Shown: piece by piece, positions 9,453 through 18,697 of the stretch
How the letters are laid out: every line of letters starts with the position of its first letter
How positions within the stretch are numbered: position 1 is the stretch's first letter
From: Patescibacteria group bacterium
GTDB lineage: Bacteria > Patescibacteriota > Minisyncoccia > Phycocordibacterales > PALSA-1337
Direction: 5' to 3'
Assembly: GCA_038065395.1 (NCBI GenBank)
Contig: JBBTRB010000004.1
Location: 70,042 to 134,041 of the forward strand
Length of the DNA stretch: 64,000 bases
The notes under the pieces: generated by a model
What the model was told of the DNA's origin: nothing
The model's input: the letters and a program-made list of their open reading frames with translations, nothing else
Database searches by the model: none
Made by a program: the position numbers and the translations under genes

Positions 9453-10202
9453 CTATCTGATCTCGGCTATCAATCCATCGATGCTCGTCTTGAGGGTACT
9501 GTAGGGTACTGCACCTGTCAGTGGGATCTTGGATCCGGAAGGGGTGATGATGATCGAGTACGGAGTGCCAGTGACACCTGCACCAAGTCCGTCTTGGTAC
9601 TGACTCTCGATCTTGTCGGTGAAGCGTTTGCTGGTGAGACATTCGTTGAATGAAATGACGTCGAGACCGATAGACTGAGCGATCTCAGGGAGTTTGCTCG
9701 GATCGAGACCGTTCGGAGCTTGAGAGGTGACTGCCGGAGTTACGTCGTAGAGCGTGTTCGTGTATTTCCAGAACGCGTCGTTGCCACCGAGTGCCGCGGC
9801 ACATTCCATGGCTTGAGCCTCAGTCCCAGCGTTGGGATGGAGGATACCGCCGTCAGGACGCGTACCTGGCTTGTCGAGAGGAAAATGTCGGTAGACCCAG
9901 GCGACTTTGCCACTATCACCATATTCTGCCATGACCTTGACCATGGTTGGATGAAACATTTTGCAGAACGGACATGAAGAGTCAGAGTATTCTACGATCT
10001 TGATCGGAGCGTTCGGGTTACCGAGGATATGGTCGTTGGCAGTTATATCTGCCATGACAACAGTTGCGACTTGTGTGTCTGACGTGGTGCGAGCAACTTG
10101 ATTCATCGGCTTTTGGGTCCAGATGATAGCCATCGCGATGATAGCTCCAGCGACGATGATGGCTCCCGGGATCGTGACCAATGAATTCTGTTTTTGTTCC
10201 AT
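9453..10202 (-). CDS. DsbA-family thioredoxin-like oxidoreductase, membrane anchored
   Basis: N-terminal TM; EYSDSSCPFC; GVTGTP cis-Pro loop. Confidence 0.92.
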   Translation of the reverse strand: MEQKQNSLVTIPGAIIVAGAIIAMAIIWTQKPMNQVARTTSDTQVATVVMADITANDHILGNPNAPIKIVEYSDSSCPFCKMFHPTMVKVMAEYGDSGKVAWVYRHFPLDKPGTRPDGGILHPNAGTEAQAMECAAALGGNDAFWKYTNTLYDVTPAVTSQAPNGLDPSKLPEIAQSIGLDVISFNECLTSKRFTDKIESQYQDGLGAGVTGTPYSIIITPSGSKIPLTGAVPYSTLKTSIDGLIAEIR

Positions 10203-10285
10203 GTGGATAATGAGATGTTATGGCCTTAGTAAATGTCGACGTAGTGAGGTATTATTGTATCAGTAAATATACATATTTGCCTACC

Positions 10286-11869
10286 ATGAGTTTTTCGCTC
10301 ATATTCCACAATATTCTCTTTTTGTTGGGTGCACTGATCAGTATCGGCACCGCTTTCTTCGTCTTCTTTTCTACACAGCGCAGTCGTAGTGTTACCACGC
10401 TGACGTTCGCCTTGTCGTGCGTGGCGGTGTCCATATTCCAAGTATCACACCTTCTTGGTATCAACGCATCAGACGCCGAGACGTCTCGCATGCTCCTGAT
10501 GTTCAATCTCGCAGACATATTCATTGGTATGTTTATGACTCACTGGTTCCTCGGGTTTATAGGTAAGATCCATCAGCAACGATACGCACTCTATGCGGTA
10601 TATGCGAGTGGTCTCTCGATCTTCACGTTTTTCATGTTCTATCCTCGGATGTTTCTGATCGAGTCAGTACCCAAGCTGTATCTGCCATTTTATTATGAAC
10701 CAGGACCACTCTATGTTCTGATGCTCGGATGGTTCATGGCAGTCTCGGTGTATCATTTTTACCAACTCATTCAGGCGTATCGTCTCGAGAAAGATTCAAT
10801 ACAAAAAAACAGATACAAATACGTACTTCTGGCGATGTCATATGCGTATGCGTTCGGAACTACAGCATTCATGCTTGTATTTGATCTCCCCCTCAACCCT
10901 GCATTGTCAGCGTTATTCGGACTCTACCCGCTTCTTATTGTGTACGCGATACTGCAGTTCGAAGTGTTTGATATCCGTATTTTTGCCAAGCGCGCCTTCG
11001 TCTATGGGGTGACTATCATGATGGTGGGAGCAGCGATCACACTTACCGATTTCTTGAGTGCGTATTTCGTGACGATTCAACCAGCCGTCCCTCGAAGCTT
11101 CATTCCGATCATAGCCTCTGTGCTGTTCGGCAGTGCAGGTCTCTATGTCTGGCGCAAGACTCAAGATGCAGATTTGGCAAAATACGAGTTTATTACCATC
11201 GTGACGCACAAGTTCCGTACGCCGCTCACACGTATCAAATGGGCAACAGAAGAGATGGTTCGCACATTGCCTGATGACAAAAAAGAGATGTCGAGCATCG
11301 TAGAACAGTCGACCAGTCAGCTCTTCGAACTGACCAATATCCTGGTCAGACTTTCTGATTCTGATGCCAATACTCTCGATCAGACACGCATATCGAGCAG
11401 CGTGTCGGACCTCCTCCAGCAGCTCCAGTCAGAATATGCATCGCCGATGTTGCAGAAGCAGTTGAATTTCAATGTAAAGTATCCGGAGGGTGTGGCTTAT
11501 GCACTGATCAACCAGCAGCAGGTTCGTCTAGTCTTACAGATCTTGCTCGACAATGCGATCAGTTATTCTCCTAAGAATGGAACGATCACTCTCTCAGCCC
11601 AAGTAGTACGTGAAGATATGCAATGTATCCTCTCTGTTCAAGATCAGGGTATCGGTATCTCAAAATCAACAGCAAGACATATTTTCAACCGTTTCTATCG
11701 TGGAGATCGTGCACGTCTGGCTGATACCGAAGGTATGGGTATTGGTCTCTATATGGCACGAAAACTGATCGCAAGACAAGAAGGCAAGATCTGGGTCAAA
11801 TCTCCCGGAGAAGATCTCGGCAGTACCTTTTATGTTTCTATACCTCTCGACGGTTCAAAATATGTCTAA
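10286..11869 (+). CDS. Multi-TM (HisKA_7TM-like) sensor histidine kinase
   Basis: Many TM helices; THKFRTPLT H-box, LLDNAISYS, DQGIGI, GMGIGL. Confidence 0.92.
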   Translation: MSFSLIFHNILFLLGALISIGTAFFVFFSTQRSRSVTTLTFALSCVAVSIFQVSHLLGINASDAETSRMLLMFNLADIFIGMFMTHWFLGFIGKIHQQRYALYAVYASGLSIFTFFMFYPRMFLIESVPKLYLPFYYEPGPLYVLMLGWFMAVSVYHFYQLIQAYRLEKDSIQKNRYKYVLLAMSYAYAFGTTAFMLVFDLPLNPALSALFGLYPLLIVYAILQFEVFDIRIFAKRAFVYGVTIMMVGAAITLTDFLSAYFVTIQPAVPRSFIPIIASVLFGSAGLYVWRKTQDADLAKYEFITIVTHKFRTPLTRIKWATEEMVRTLPDDKKEMSSIVEQSTSQLFELTNILVRLSDSDANTLDQTRISSSVSDLLQQLQSEYASPMLQKQLNFNVKYPEGVAYALINQQQVRLVLQILLDNAISYSPKNGTITLSAQVVREDMQCILSVQDQGIGISKSTARHIFNRFYRGDRARLADTEGMGIGLYMARKLIARQEGKIWVKSPGEDLGSTFYVSIPLDGSKYV

Positions 11870-12441
11870 AAAGGTAATGTATACGTCATCACACTCTCAA
11901 CAGGAACTTCCCATTCGGAGGTGTTGAGCTTGATCTCTTTGAGATTGCCGGCGTCTTTGTATTTGAGATGTTTGTTGGCGAATGCGTAGTCATAGAGTTC
12001 TCTGGTGAGCTTCACATCTTCCTTGCAGTAACGAATGATCTTGTCGATCTCGCCGTTGTTCCACCACTCGATAGCCTCGAGTCCGTGGCCAGATTTGTTC
12101 TTGCCGAGTGTTGCCTCGGCGACTGAGTCGAGCTTGAGACGTCGTCCGAGCGAGAGTTGTACTTCGCGCATCAGGTCGAGACTTTTGATCTTGGAGAGAT
12201 CGCCTGAGTAGTATTTGTTGAGGAGGGGGATGTCAAAATGGTCACCGTTCCAGGTGATGAGCATGTCTGCTTGCTCGATGATCGGCCAGAGGTTCTTGAG
12301 GTCTTCTTGGAGGAAGCTCGCCAGGGTGTCTGTCTCGCTATCGTGTATACAGACTACTGATATATCGAGTGCAGTCGGGTCGTTGGAGCCTACATCAGAG
12401 AATAGATTCCTTGTTTCAATGTCAAACGTAATTTTTCGCAT
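11866..12441 (-). CDS. RNase H-like (YprB/DEDD-type) exonuclease domain protein
   Basis: FDIET, TWNGDHFDIP, YCKEDVKLT. Confidence 0.85.
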   Translation of the reverse strand: MRKITFDIETRNLFSDVGSNDPTALDISVVCIHDSETDTLASFLQEDLKNLWPIIEQADMLITWNGDHFDIPLLNKYYSGDLSKIKSLDLMREVQLSLGRRLKLDSVAEATLGKNKSGHGLEAIEWWNNGEIDKIIRYCKEDVKLTRELYDYAFANKHLKYKDAGNLKEIKLNTSEWEVPVESVMTYTLPF

Positions 12442-12462
12442 CGAAATATTGTAGCACAGGAA

Positions 12463-12549
12463 GGAGATTGGAGACTAGTAATTAGAGATTAGAAAATCAC
12501 ATACGGACCTATGTTTTTCCAATCTCCAATCTCTAATTACCAATCTCCC
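12463..12549. repeat. Degenerate 7-mer tandem repeats arranged as inverted arrays
   Basis: GAGATTG/GAGACTA/GAGATTA facing CAATCTC repeats; overlaps hisS 3' end. Confidence 0.7.
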
Positions 12550-13813
12550 GCTCCTCTCCTGTAGATAAATTCTTGGTTTTATATACACCCGTCTTGACCT
12601 CTTCGTCACCGATAACGATGATCTTTGGGATGGAGCGCTTGCTGGCATTGGAGATCTGGTCACCGACTTTCTTGCCACCGAGGTCGATCGCAACAGAGGT
12701 GCCTTGTTCGCGGAGTTTCTGGGCAACTTCGAGTGCGTAGGGAGTGTTGTGTTCACCGACCACACAGATCATGATCTCTGCCGAAGGGGTTGCACCAGGG
12801 AGTGCACCGTATGTCTCCATGAGGTCTCGCGCAGTGACGTCTCCAGCACCAAAGCCGACGGCAGTGACTTTGTCATTACCAAAGAGTGAGAGGAGCTCGT
12901 CATAGCGTCCGCCACCCAGCACCGCACGACGGTTGATCGGGTTGAGGTCAAAGACTTCGAAGACAACACCCGTGTAATAGTCGAAACCACGCATCAGTGT
13001 CTGGTCGAAGCGGACATTGGTGATACCGAGACGTTCGAGTCCAGTGATGACCTGTCGGATCTCACGAAGTCCTACGTGTTCCTCGGTTGTCTGGCGTAGA
13101 TGAGTAGTGAACTCTTCGAAGTTCTTGGAGTTGAGGAGAGTGATGAACTTGGCCGTGTTGTCTCCGAGAAGTTCGGTTGCGGCAGCTTCGAACCATTCTG
13201 CTTTGACTTTGTCTTTCTTGTCGATGAGCTTGGAGATCTTGTGAGCTGCGTCGTCAGTGAGAGAAAAGACGTCTTTGGTGACGTAGTTCATGAGTTTGCG
13301 ACTGTTGAGGCGGATCTCAAAGTCTGTAGAGGAGAGTCCGTATGCACGTGTGATGTCGTATGCCATAGAGATGACCTCGACTTCTGCTGACAGTGACTCC
13401 ACGCCAAAGAGGTCGACATTGAGCTGCCAGTGCTCGCGTACTCGGCCGCGCTGAGGTTGTTCGTAACGGAACAGGTTAGGGATTGAATACCAACGTAGAG
13501 GGAAGGTAAGCTCGCGTTTGCGTGCAGCGACCATGCGCGCGAGAGTTGGCGTCATCTCAGGACGGAGGGTGACTTCGCGGTCACCACGGTCAGTGAAGGT
13601 GTAGGTTTGTTCGCTGACAATCTCCTCACCAGTTTTGGCGCGATAGAGGTCGGCAGGTTCGAGAACGGATGCGGCGTATTCTTCGTAGCCGTATTTCCGA
13701 GAAATATTCTCCCAGATGCCGAAAATCTTCTTTTGGACTGCCATATCTTCAGGGAAGAAGTCGCGTACGCCTTTGTATGCATCAGTTGAGAGTTTCTTGG
13801 GTTTGCCGAACAT
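12533..13813 (-). CDS. hisS: Histidyl-tRNA synthetase
   Basis: KGVRDFFP, LRPEMTP, FRYEQPQRGR, RGFDYYTG, GGGRYD. Confidence 0.97.
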   Translation of the reverse strand: MFGKPKKLSTDAYKGVRDFFPEDMAVQKKIFGIWENISRKYGYEEYAASVLEPADLYRAKTGEEIVSEQTYTFTDRGDREVTLRPEMTPTLARMVAARKRELTFPLRWYSIPNLFRYEQPQRGRVREHWQLNVDLFGVESLSAEVEVISMAYDITRAYGLSSTDFEIRLNSRKLMNYVTKDVFSLTDDAAHKISKLIDKKDKVKAEWFEAAATELLGDNTAKFITLLNSKNFEEFTTHLRQTTEEHVGLREIRQVITGLERLGITNVRFDQTLMRGFDYYTGVVFEVFDLNPINRRAVLGGGRYDELLSLFGNDKVTAVGFGAGDVTARDLMETYGALPGATPSAEIMICVVGEHNTPYALEVAQKLREQGTSVAIDLGGKKVGDQISNASKRSIPKIIVIGDEEVKTGVYKTKNLSTGEEREIGN

Positions 13814-13904
13814 GATGGGGCTATTGTAGCAGATAAAAAAAGCCTCAGAAAGTGCTCAGGATACTATGTGCACCGTTTTTTAGAACATGTACACCAATCT
13901 CCCA

Positions 13905-14116
13905 AAGAAAACCCCAGTGGTTAGCTGGGGTATAGGGGAGTGTACAAAAGGACATGTGCTCTGTTCGGGGAGAACAGAACTAAAGTTTCATTTCAAAAAT
14001 AGTGGCTTATACTATCAAAATTATGATTATCCACTATGAAGATAGACAATCTGAGTCCAACCGGTTGGCGGGACCACTATTTTTTGTATTTGAAAGGACT
14101 TAAGAACTCTCGTACA
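13905..14116 (-). ncRNA. Candidate rod-shaped ncRNA (possibly 6S-like)
   Basis: TTGACC-17-TACGAT promoter, terminator 13912-13930, long-range stems UGUACGAGAG/CUUUUGUACA and AAAAAUAGUGG/CCACUAUUUUU. Confidence 0.5.
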
Positions 14117-14169
14117 TGTATAATCGTATGCTTATTTGAAGCAGTGGTCAATCGTGGTATAAACAAGTT

Positions 14170-14910
14170 GTGAATAAGTGGGCAGTCACTATAAATAAGA
14201 ACCTTGGCGAAACACCTCTCGAAGCCCTCGAGCGTTTTCGTGCTGAGCAGATTGCTCTCGGACGAGTCGAATTGGCCGATGTGCCTATGACGTATGCAGG
14301 TCGACTTGACCCGATGGCAGAAGGGAAGCTCTTGATCCTTATTGGAGAAGAATGCAAACAGAAAGAAAAGTATTTGGGGCTAGATAAAACCTATGAGGTT
14401 GAGGTCTTGTTTGGGATTGAAACAGATACCTATGACATATTAGGGTTGGCCAAAATACACCTCCAAGGCCAAAGTGACAAGAAAGTTGTCACTTCGACCT
14501 ATATAGGCACTTTCACTCAAACCTACCCGCCGTATTCTTCCAAGACTGTTGATGGCAAACAGCTACACACTTTGGCTCGTGCCGATGAACTTCCAGAAGA
14601 ATTACCAACCAAAGAAGTTGAGATTTACTCTATTGAAAAGCTGGAAGATAAGAAAATTTCCGCGCCAGACTTATTAAACCTGATTCAACAGAGAATTGCT
14701 CTGGTAAAAGGCGACTTCAGGCAAAAAGAAATCTTTGAGAAGTGGAATGAGGTATTGGCTCATTCAGTGCAGACCTTCCCGGTCATCAAGTTAAAAGTAA
14801 CCTGTTCAAGCGGCACTTATATGCGTTCATTGGCACAGAGGATTGGCAAAGAAATGGGAATGGGAGCCTGCGCACTATCGATAAAAAGGACGGAAATCGT
14901 GGGGATATAG
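14170..14910 (+). CDS. truB: tRNA pseudouridine synthase B-like
   Basis: YAGRLDPMAEG, KTYEVEV, PPYSSKTVDGK, CSSGTYMRSL. Confidence 0.88.
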   Translation: MNKWAVTINKNLGETPLEALERFRAEQIALGRVELADVPMTYAGRLDPMAEGKLLILIGEECKQKEKYLGLDKTYEVEVLFGIETDTYDILGLAKIHLQGQSDKKVVTSTYIGTFTQTYPPYSSKTVDGKQLHTLARADELPEELPTKEVEIYSIEKLEDKKISAPDLLNLIQQRIALVKGDFRQKEIFEKWNEVLAHSVQTFPVIKLKVTCSSGTYMRSLAQRIGKEMGMGACALSIKRTEIVGI

Positions 14911-14912
14911 AG

Positions 14913-14941
14913 CGCAGATCCCCGTCTTCACGGGGATGACA
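14913..14941. repeat. REP-like palindrome
   Basis: CGCAGATCCCCGTCTTCACGGGGATGACA, same family as 45855, 53178, 53338. Confidence 0.8.
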
Positions 14942-14964
14942 ACAACCTGTGATATGATGAGTTC

Positions 14965-15939
14965 ATGCGACGTATCATCGTCAAAGAAGGCCCCTTGGTA
15001 TTCCTCCGTGATGTTCTGGTCATGGAAATCATTGCTATTATCTTCTTTTTCACCCTGTCATTCTTGGGCAACTATGAGATGATTTTTAAAGGATGGGGCC
15101 TCAACCAGTTCATCCGCTACGACCTCTTTTTGGCGGGAGGTTTCTCCTTGTTCCAACTTGGATATATTATCCTCCTTTTCTTGAACTGGTACTTTTCTCG
15201 CTATGAGATCACCGAGAAAGAGATCATCCGAAGGTCAGGTATCATCTTCAGTCGTCGCAAATCCGTCAACATGCAAGATGTGGCATCCGTCGAGATATAT
15301 CAGTCACCTCTGGGGCGCATGATCCATCATGCAACGATCATACTTGAACATCAGGCAGGTAGAGTCACCAAGATCAAGAACATCTCCAACTTCGAAGAAT
15401 ACGTCCATATCATCAAACAAATGGCACGAGCTTCTTCGGGTCGTATGCCTACGGGAACGATCGAGGATCTGATCCAAGAAGGGGAAAATGCGACGGTTGA
15501 ATTCAAGGAAACATTCCGCTACGACGTACGCAAGAACGAAGTGAGCAAAGATGTCGAACATGCTGTAGCCAAGGCAATCGTCGGCTTTATGAATGCCGAT
15601 GGAGGAACACTTCTCATCGGGGTTGATGATGGTGGGGAAGTGAAGGGACTAGAAAGTGACTACAAGGCCCTCCCCAAGAAGAATCGCGATGGTCTCGAGA
15701 ATCATTTCAATATGCTGGTAAAGACGATGATAGGTCTACCATTTGCAAAATATGTTTCTGTGAAGTTCGAGAAAGTCACGGGCAAAGACGTCTGTATGGT
15801 CATGGTCCGCGAAAGTCACAAACCTGCCTATGTCCGCAACGGCGACAAGAAAGAAGAATTCTTCGTCCGTGTAGGGAACTCCACTCAGCCGTTCTCGATG
15901 AGTGAAGCCGAGGAGTATATCAAGACGCATTGGAAGTAG
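14965..15939 (+). CDS. Membrane protein with bacterial PH domain and C-terminal Schlafen/AlbA_2 domain
   Basis: 2 TM; RYEITEKEIIRRSGIIF (bPH_2); GENATVEFKET, GFMNADGGTLLIGVDD, FFVRVGNST (AlbA_2). Confidence 0.85.
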   Translation: MRRIIVKEGPLVFLRDVLVMEIIAIIFFFTLSFLGNYEMIFKGWGLNQFIRYDLFLAGGFSLFQLGYIILLFLNWYFSRYEITEKEIIRRSGIIFSRRKSVNMQDVASVEIYQSPLGRMIHHATIILEHQAGRVTKIKNISNFEEYVHIIKQMARASSGRMPTGTIEDLIQEGENATVEFKETFRYDVRKNEVSKDVEHAVAKAIVGFMNADGGTLLIGVDDGGEVKGLESDYKALPKKNRDGLENHFNMLVKTMIGLPFAKYVSVKFEKVTGKDVCMVMVRESHKPAYVRNGDKKEEFFVRVGNSTQPFSMSEAEEYIKTHWK

Positions 15940-15948
15940 GGGTTAAAC

Positions 15949-16012
15949 AAAAAACCGCCAATGTGGCGGTTTTTTTGTTGGGACTTACCTTTTAGAATCC
16001 TCCCTCAGCAAT
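15949..16012 (-). ncRNA. Candidate partner sRNA of module 2
   Basis: TTGACT(16047-16042)-17-TACACT(16024-16019); terminator 15954-15970; 5' end complementary to the loop of 16048-16117. Confidence 0.6.
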
Positions 16013-16047
16013 GCAATAAGTGTATTCTAAAGTTAGTAAGAAGTCAA

Positions 16048-16117
16048 GGTGGAGGTGAGGGGAATCGAACTCCCTAAGTCCTTCTTGCTGAGGGAAGACT
16101 TCCTCCAAGGCACCCCC
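16048..16117 (-). ncRNA. tRNA(Ala)/tmRNA-TLD-like RNA, module 2
   Basis: GGGGGUG/CACCUCC-A-CC; T-loop UUCGAUU; arm AAGUCUUC-CCUCAGCAA-GAAGGACUU. Confidence 0.8.
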
Positions 16118-16148
16118 ACGCAGGAAAGTTTTCACTTTCCGCAAAGTA

Positions 16149-16203
16149 ACCATAACAGGGTGGTATGAAGAAATGATGAATTTAGTCTCAAGAAACGATA
16201 AAA
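16149..16203 (-). promoter_or_regulatory. 43-bp operator plus extended -10 TGtTATGGT driving module 2
   Basis: Reverse complement TTTTATCGTTTCTTGAGACTAAATTCATCATTTCTTCATACCA, 6 nt, TATGGT. Confidence 0.75.
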
Positions 16204-16214
16204 TATCAAGGATA

Positions 16215-16244
16215 TTGACAGATATGTCACTAACATGGTATAAT
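16215..16244 (+). promoter_or_regulatory. sigma70 promoter
   Basis: TTGACA-18-TATAAT with TG extension, upstream of the 16315 ORF. Confidence 0.65.
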
Positions 16245-16314
16245 TGATATGGATTTGAAAGGCTAGAGTTATTAAATACATTGCCCACACGGGTAAATGG
16301 CTCTAGATTGAGAT

Positions 16315-16701
16315 ATGAACAAAGAACAACTCATTGAAAAGAACAAACAGTTGGTTGAAGTATTGGAAGGTCGAGATGCTCTTCGGCATGATCCTCTATT
16401 TTGTCAGGACATGGTGAGCAAACTCACCGACATGATCGCTGAAATGAAAAGACTTGATAATGAAGAACTTTCCGCATTCATTTCCGGTCCATACTTCATC
16501 CTTATCCGGACCTTTGGTTCAGTTGAGCTCAAAGGAGTTAAGGATTCATGTCAGAGCCTCTCTCAGGTTAATGAGGCGCTTGATAATGTTCTGCGTGTAG
16601 TGTGTGATGTACCGGCGACGTTCGGACTGATCTCGAAGATATGCGAAGTTTTGTCTGAGAAGGAAGCACTTCTTCGTCGCTATCTTTCCAGGGATTTGTA
16701 A
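16315..16701 (+). CDS. Hypothetical helical protein
   Basis: 128 aa ATG ORF with consensus promoter and downstream terminator. Confidence 0.7.
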   Translation: MNKEQLIEKNKQLVEVLEGRDALRHDPLFCQDMVSKLTDMIAEMKRLDNEELSAFISGPYFILIRTFGSVELKGVKDSCQSLSQVNEALDNVLRVVCDVPATFGLISKICEVLSEKEALLRRYLSRDL

Positions 16702-16763
16702 TCAATGCTACTGAAAACAAAAAACGCTATCCTTGCCGATAGCGTTTTCTTTTTTATATTCCC

Positions 16764-18551
16764 CTACTTCAAATCCTTTCTACTGGCCTTCGCTCTATCG
16801 AGTGCGGTCAAGAACTTTTGACGGAGACGGATGTTCTTCGGAGTGATCTCGAGATATTGGTCGTCACGGATGAGTTCGAGGCCGCGTTCGATCGAGAGTT
16901 CGAAGTGGGGTACGAGTGCCAGAGCCTCGTCTTTGCCGGATGAGCGCATGTTACTGAGCTGCTTGCCTTTGCACGGGTTGACCTCCATGTCGTCACCTTT
17001 GGATGTGTCACCGACGACCATACCTTCGTAGACTTCGATAGCAGGAGGGATATACAGACGTCCGCGATCCTGAAGATTCCAGAGAGAGAAGCCGAGAGAC
17101 TTGCCAGAGACCATGGAGGTCATGGCACCCGTCTCGCGACGTTCGATCTCGCCGGCATATGGCTTGAATCCAGTGACACGACTCGACATGATGCCTTCGC
17201 CCTTTGTGTCGATGATGAAAACGTTACGATAGCCGAGCAGTCCACGAGTAGGGATATCGAATGTCATACGGCACTGGTTGCCATGAGTCTTCATGTCACT
17301 CATGATGCCTTTGCGCTTGCCGAGCTTTTCAATGATGGCACCAGAATATTCCTGAGGACAGTCGATGATGAGTTCCTCGAATGGTTCGAGTTTGACACCA
17401 CCCTCTTCTTTGATGATGACTTGTGGTTGAGAGACCTGGACTTCATAGCCTTCGTTACGCATGTTCTCGAGGAGAATAGCGATATGGAGCTCGCCACGAC
17501 CAGAGACGGTGAAATATTCACTCGTAGAAAAGTCGACTTTGAGACCGACGTTGATCTCGAGTTCTTGCTCGAGACGTTCGCGGATCTGGCGTCCAGTCAC
17601 GAAGGTGCCTTCACGTCCAGCGAAAGGTGAATTGTTAACCAAGAATTGCAGGGAAATGGTCGGCTCATCGACAGTGATGGCAGGCATAGCAGGAGTAGTC
17701 TCTGTGTCAGTCAGAGTTTCTCCGATGTAGATGTCGGGTAGACCAGCGACAGTGACGATATCTCCTGACTCTGCTTCGGGGATCTCTACGCGCTTCTTGC
17801 CACTGAAGGTGAAGAGTTTGGTGACGCGACCTTGGACAGACTTGCCTTGCATGTCTTTGACCCATACGGTCTGGCCGTCTTTGATCTTGCCATCATAGAT
17901 ACGGGCGATCGCGAGACGTCCGAGGAAGTTGTCATAGCCAAGGTTGAAAACCTGGGCAGCGAGTGGGGCGTCTACACTCTTGTTGGCAGGGGGGACATGT
18001 TCGAGGACGACGTCAAGAAGTGGCGAGAGGTCCTTGAATTCATCGGTGAGCTTGCGCTTGGCGACACCTTGGCGACCGATGGCGTAGAGTGTAGGGAAGT
18101 CGAGCTGAGCATCGTTGGCACCGAGTTCCATGAAGAGTTCGAGGACTTGGTCATGGGTACGTGCAGGATCTGCGGCCTGCTTGTCGATCTTGTTGATGAT
18201 GACGATAGGCTTGAGACCGAGCTCCAATGACTTTTTGAGCACGAAACGTGTTTGTGGCATCGGGCCTTCCTGAGCGTCAACAACCAGGAGAACTGTGTCG
18301 ATCGAACGGAGTACGCGCTCTACCTCTGAGCCGAAGTCAGCGTGACCAGGAGTGTCGACGATGTTGATCTTAGTGTCTTTGTAGAGGATGGAGGTGTTCT
18401 TGGCATATATAGTAATACCACGCTTTTGTTCGAGCGCGTTGGAGTCCATAGACCCTTCGTCGGCATGACCTGACTGAGTCATCAAAGCATCGGTAAGAGT
18501 AGTCTTGCCGTGGTCTACGTGAGCGATAATGGCGATATTACGAATTTGCAT
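16764..18551 (-). CDS. typA: Translational GTPase TypA/BipA
   Basis: AHVDHGKTTL, DTPGHADFGSEVER, NKID, GRGELH. Confidence 0.98.
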   Translation of the reverse strand: MQIRNIAIIAHVDHGKTTLTDALMTQSGHADEGSMDSNALEQKRGITIYAKNTSILYKDTKINIVDTPGHADFGSEVERVLRSIDTVLLVVDAQEGPMPQTRFVLKKSLELGLKPIVIINKIDKQAADPARTHDQVLELFMELGANDAQLDFPTLYAIGRQGVAKRKLTDEFKDLSPLLDVVLEHVPPANKSVDAPLAAQVFNLGYDNFLGRLAIARIYDGKIKDGQTVWVKDMQGKSVQGRVTKLFTFSGKKRVEIPEAESGDIVTVAGLPDIYIGETLTDTETTPAMPAITVDEPTISLQFLVNNSPFAGREGTFVTGRQIRERLEQELEINVGLKVDFSTSEYFTVSGRGELHIAILLENMRNEGYEVQVSQPQVIIKEEGGVKLEPFEELIIDCPQEYSGAIIEKLGKRKGIMSDMKTHGNQCRMTFDIPTRGLLGYRNVFIIDTKGEGIMSSRVTGFKPYAGEIERRETGAMTSMVSGKSLGFSLWNLQDRGRLYIPPAIEVYEGMVVGDTSKGDDMEVNPCKGKQLSNMRSSGKDEALALVPHFELSIERGLELIRDDQYLEITPKNIRLRQKFLTALDRAKASRKDLK

Positions 18552-18697
18552 GAAAATATAAGGTAAAAATCTTGAGGATAATAAAAAGAGCCAAGGGCTC
18601 TGATGCCTCTAGTAAAGCATAAAAACAGGGAATTAGTCAAATATAAAAATCCCCGCCGAAACGACTGGGCGGGGATGTGTGGGGTGAATGGATCGGA

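Noticed and set aside
16048-16117. Full tmRNA (ssrA) or prophage attachment-site remnants
   Set aside because: Both acceptor strands lie within 71 nt, leaving no tag reading frame or pseudoknots. No integrase or phage genes are present, and att duplications normally copy only one end.
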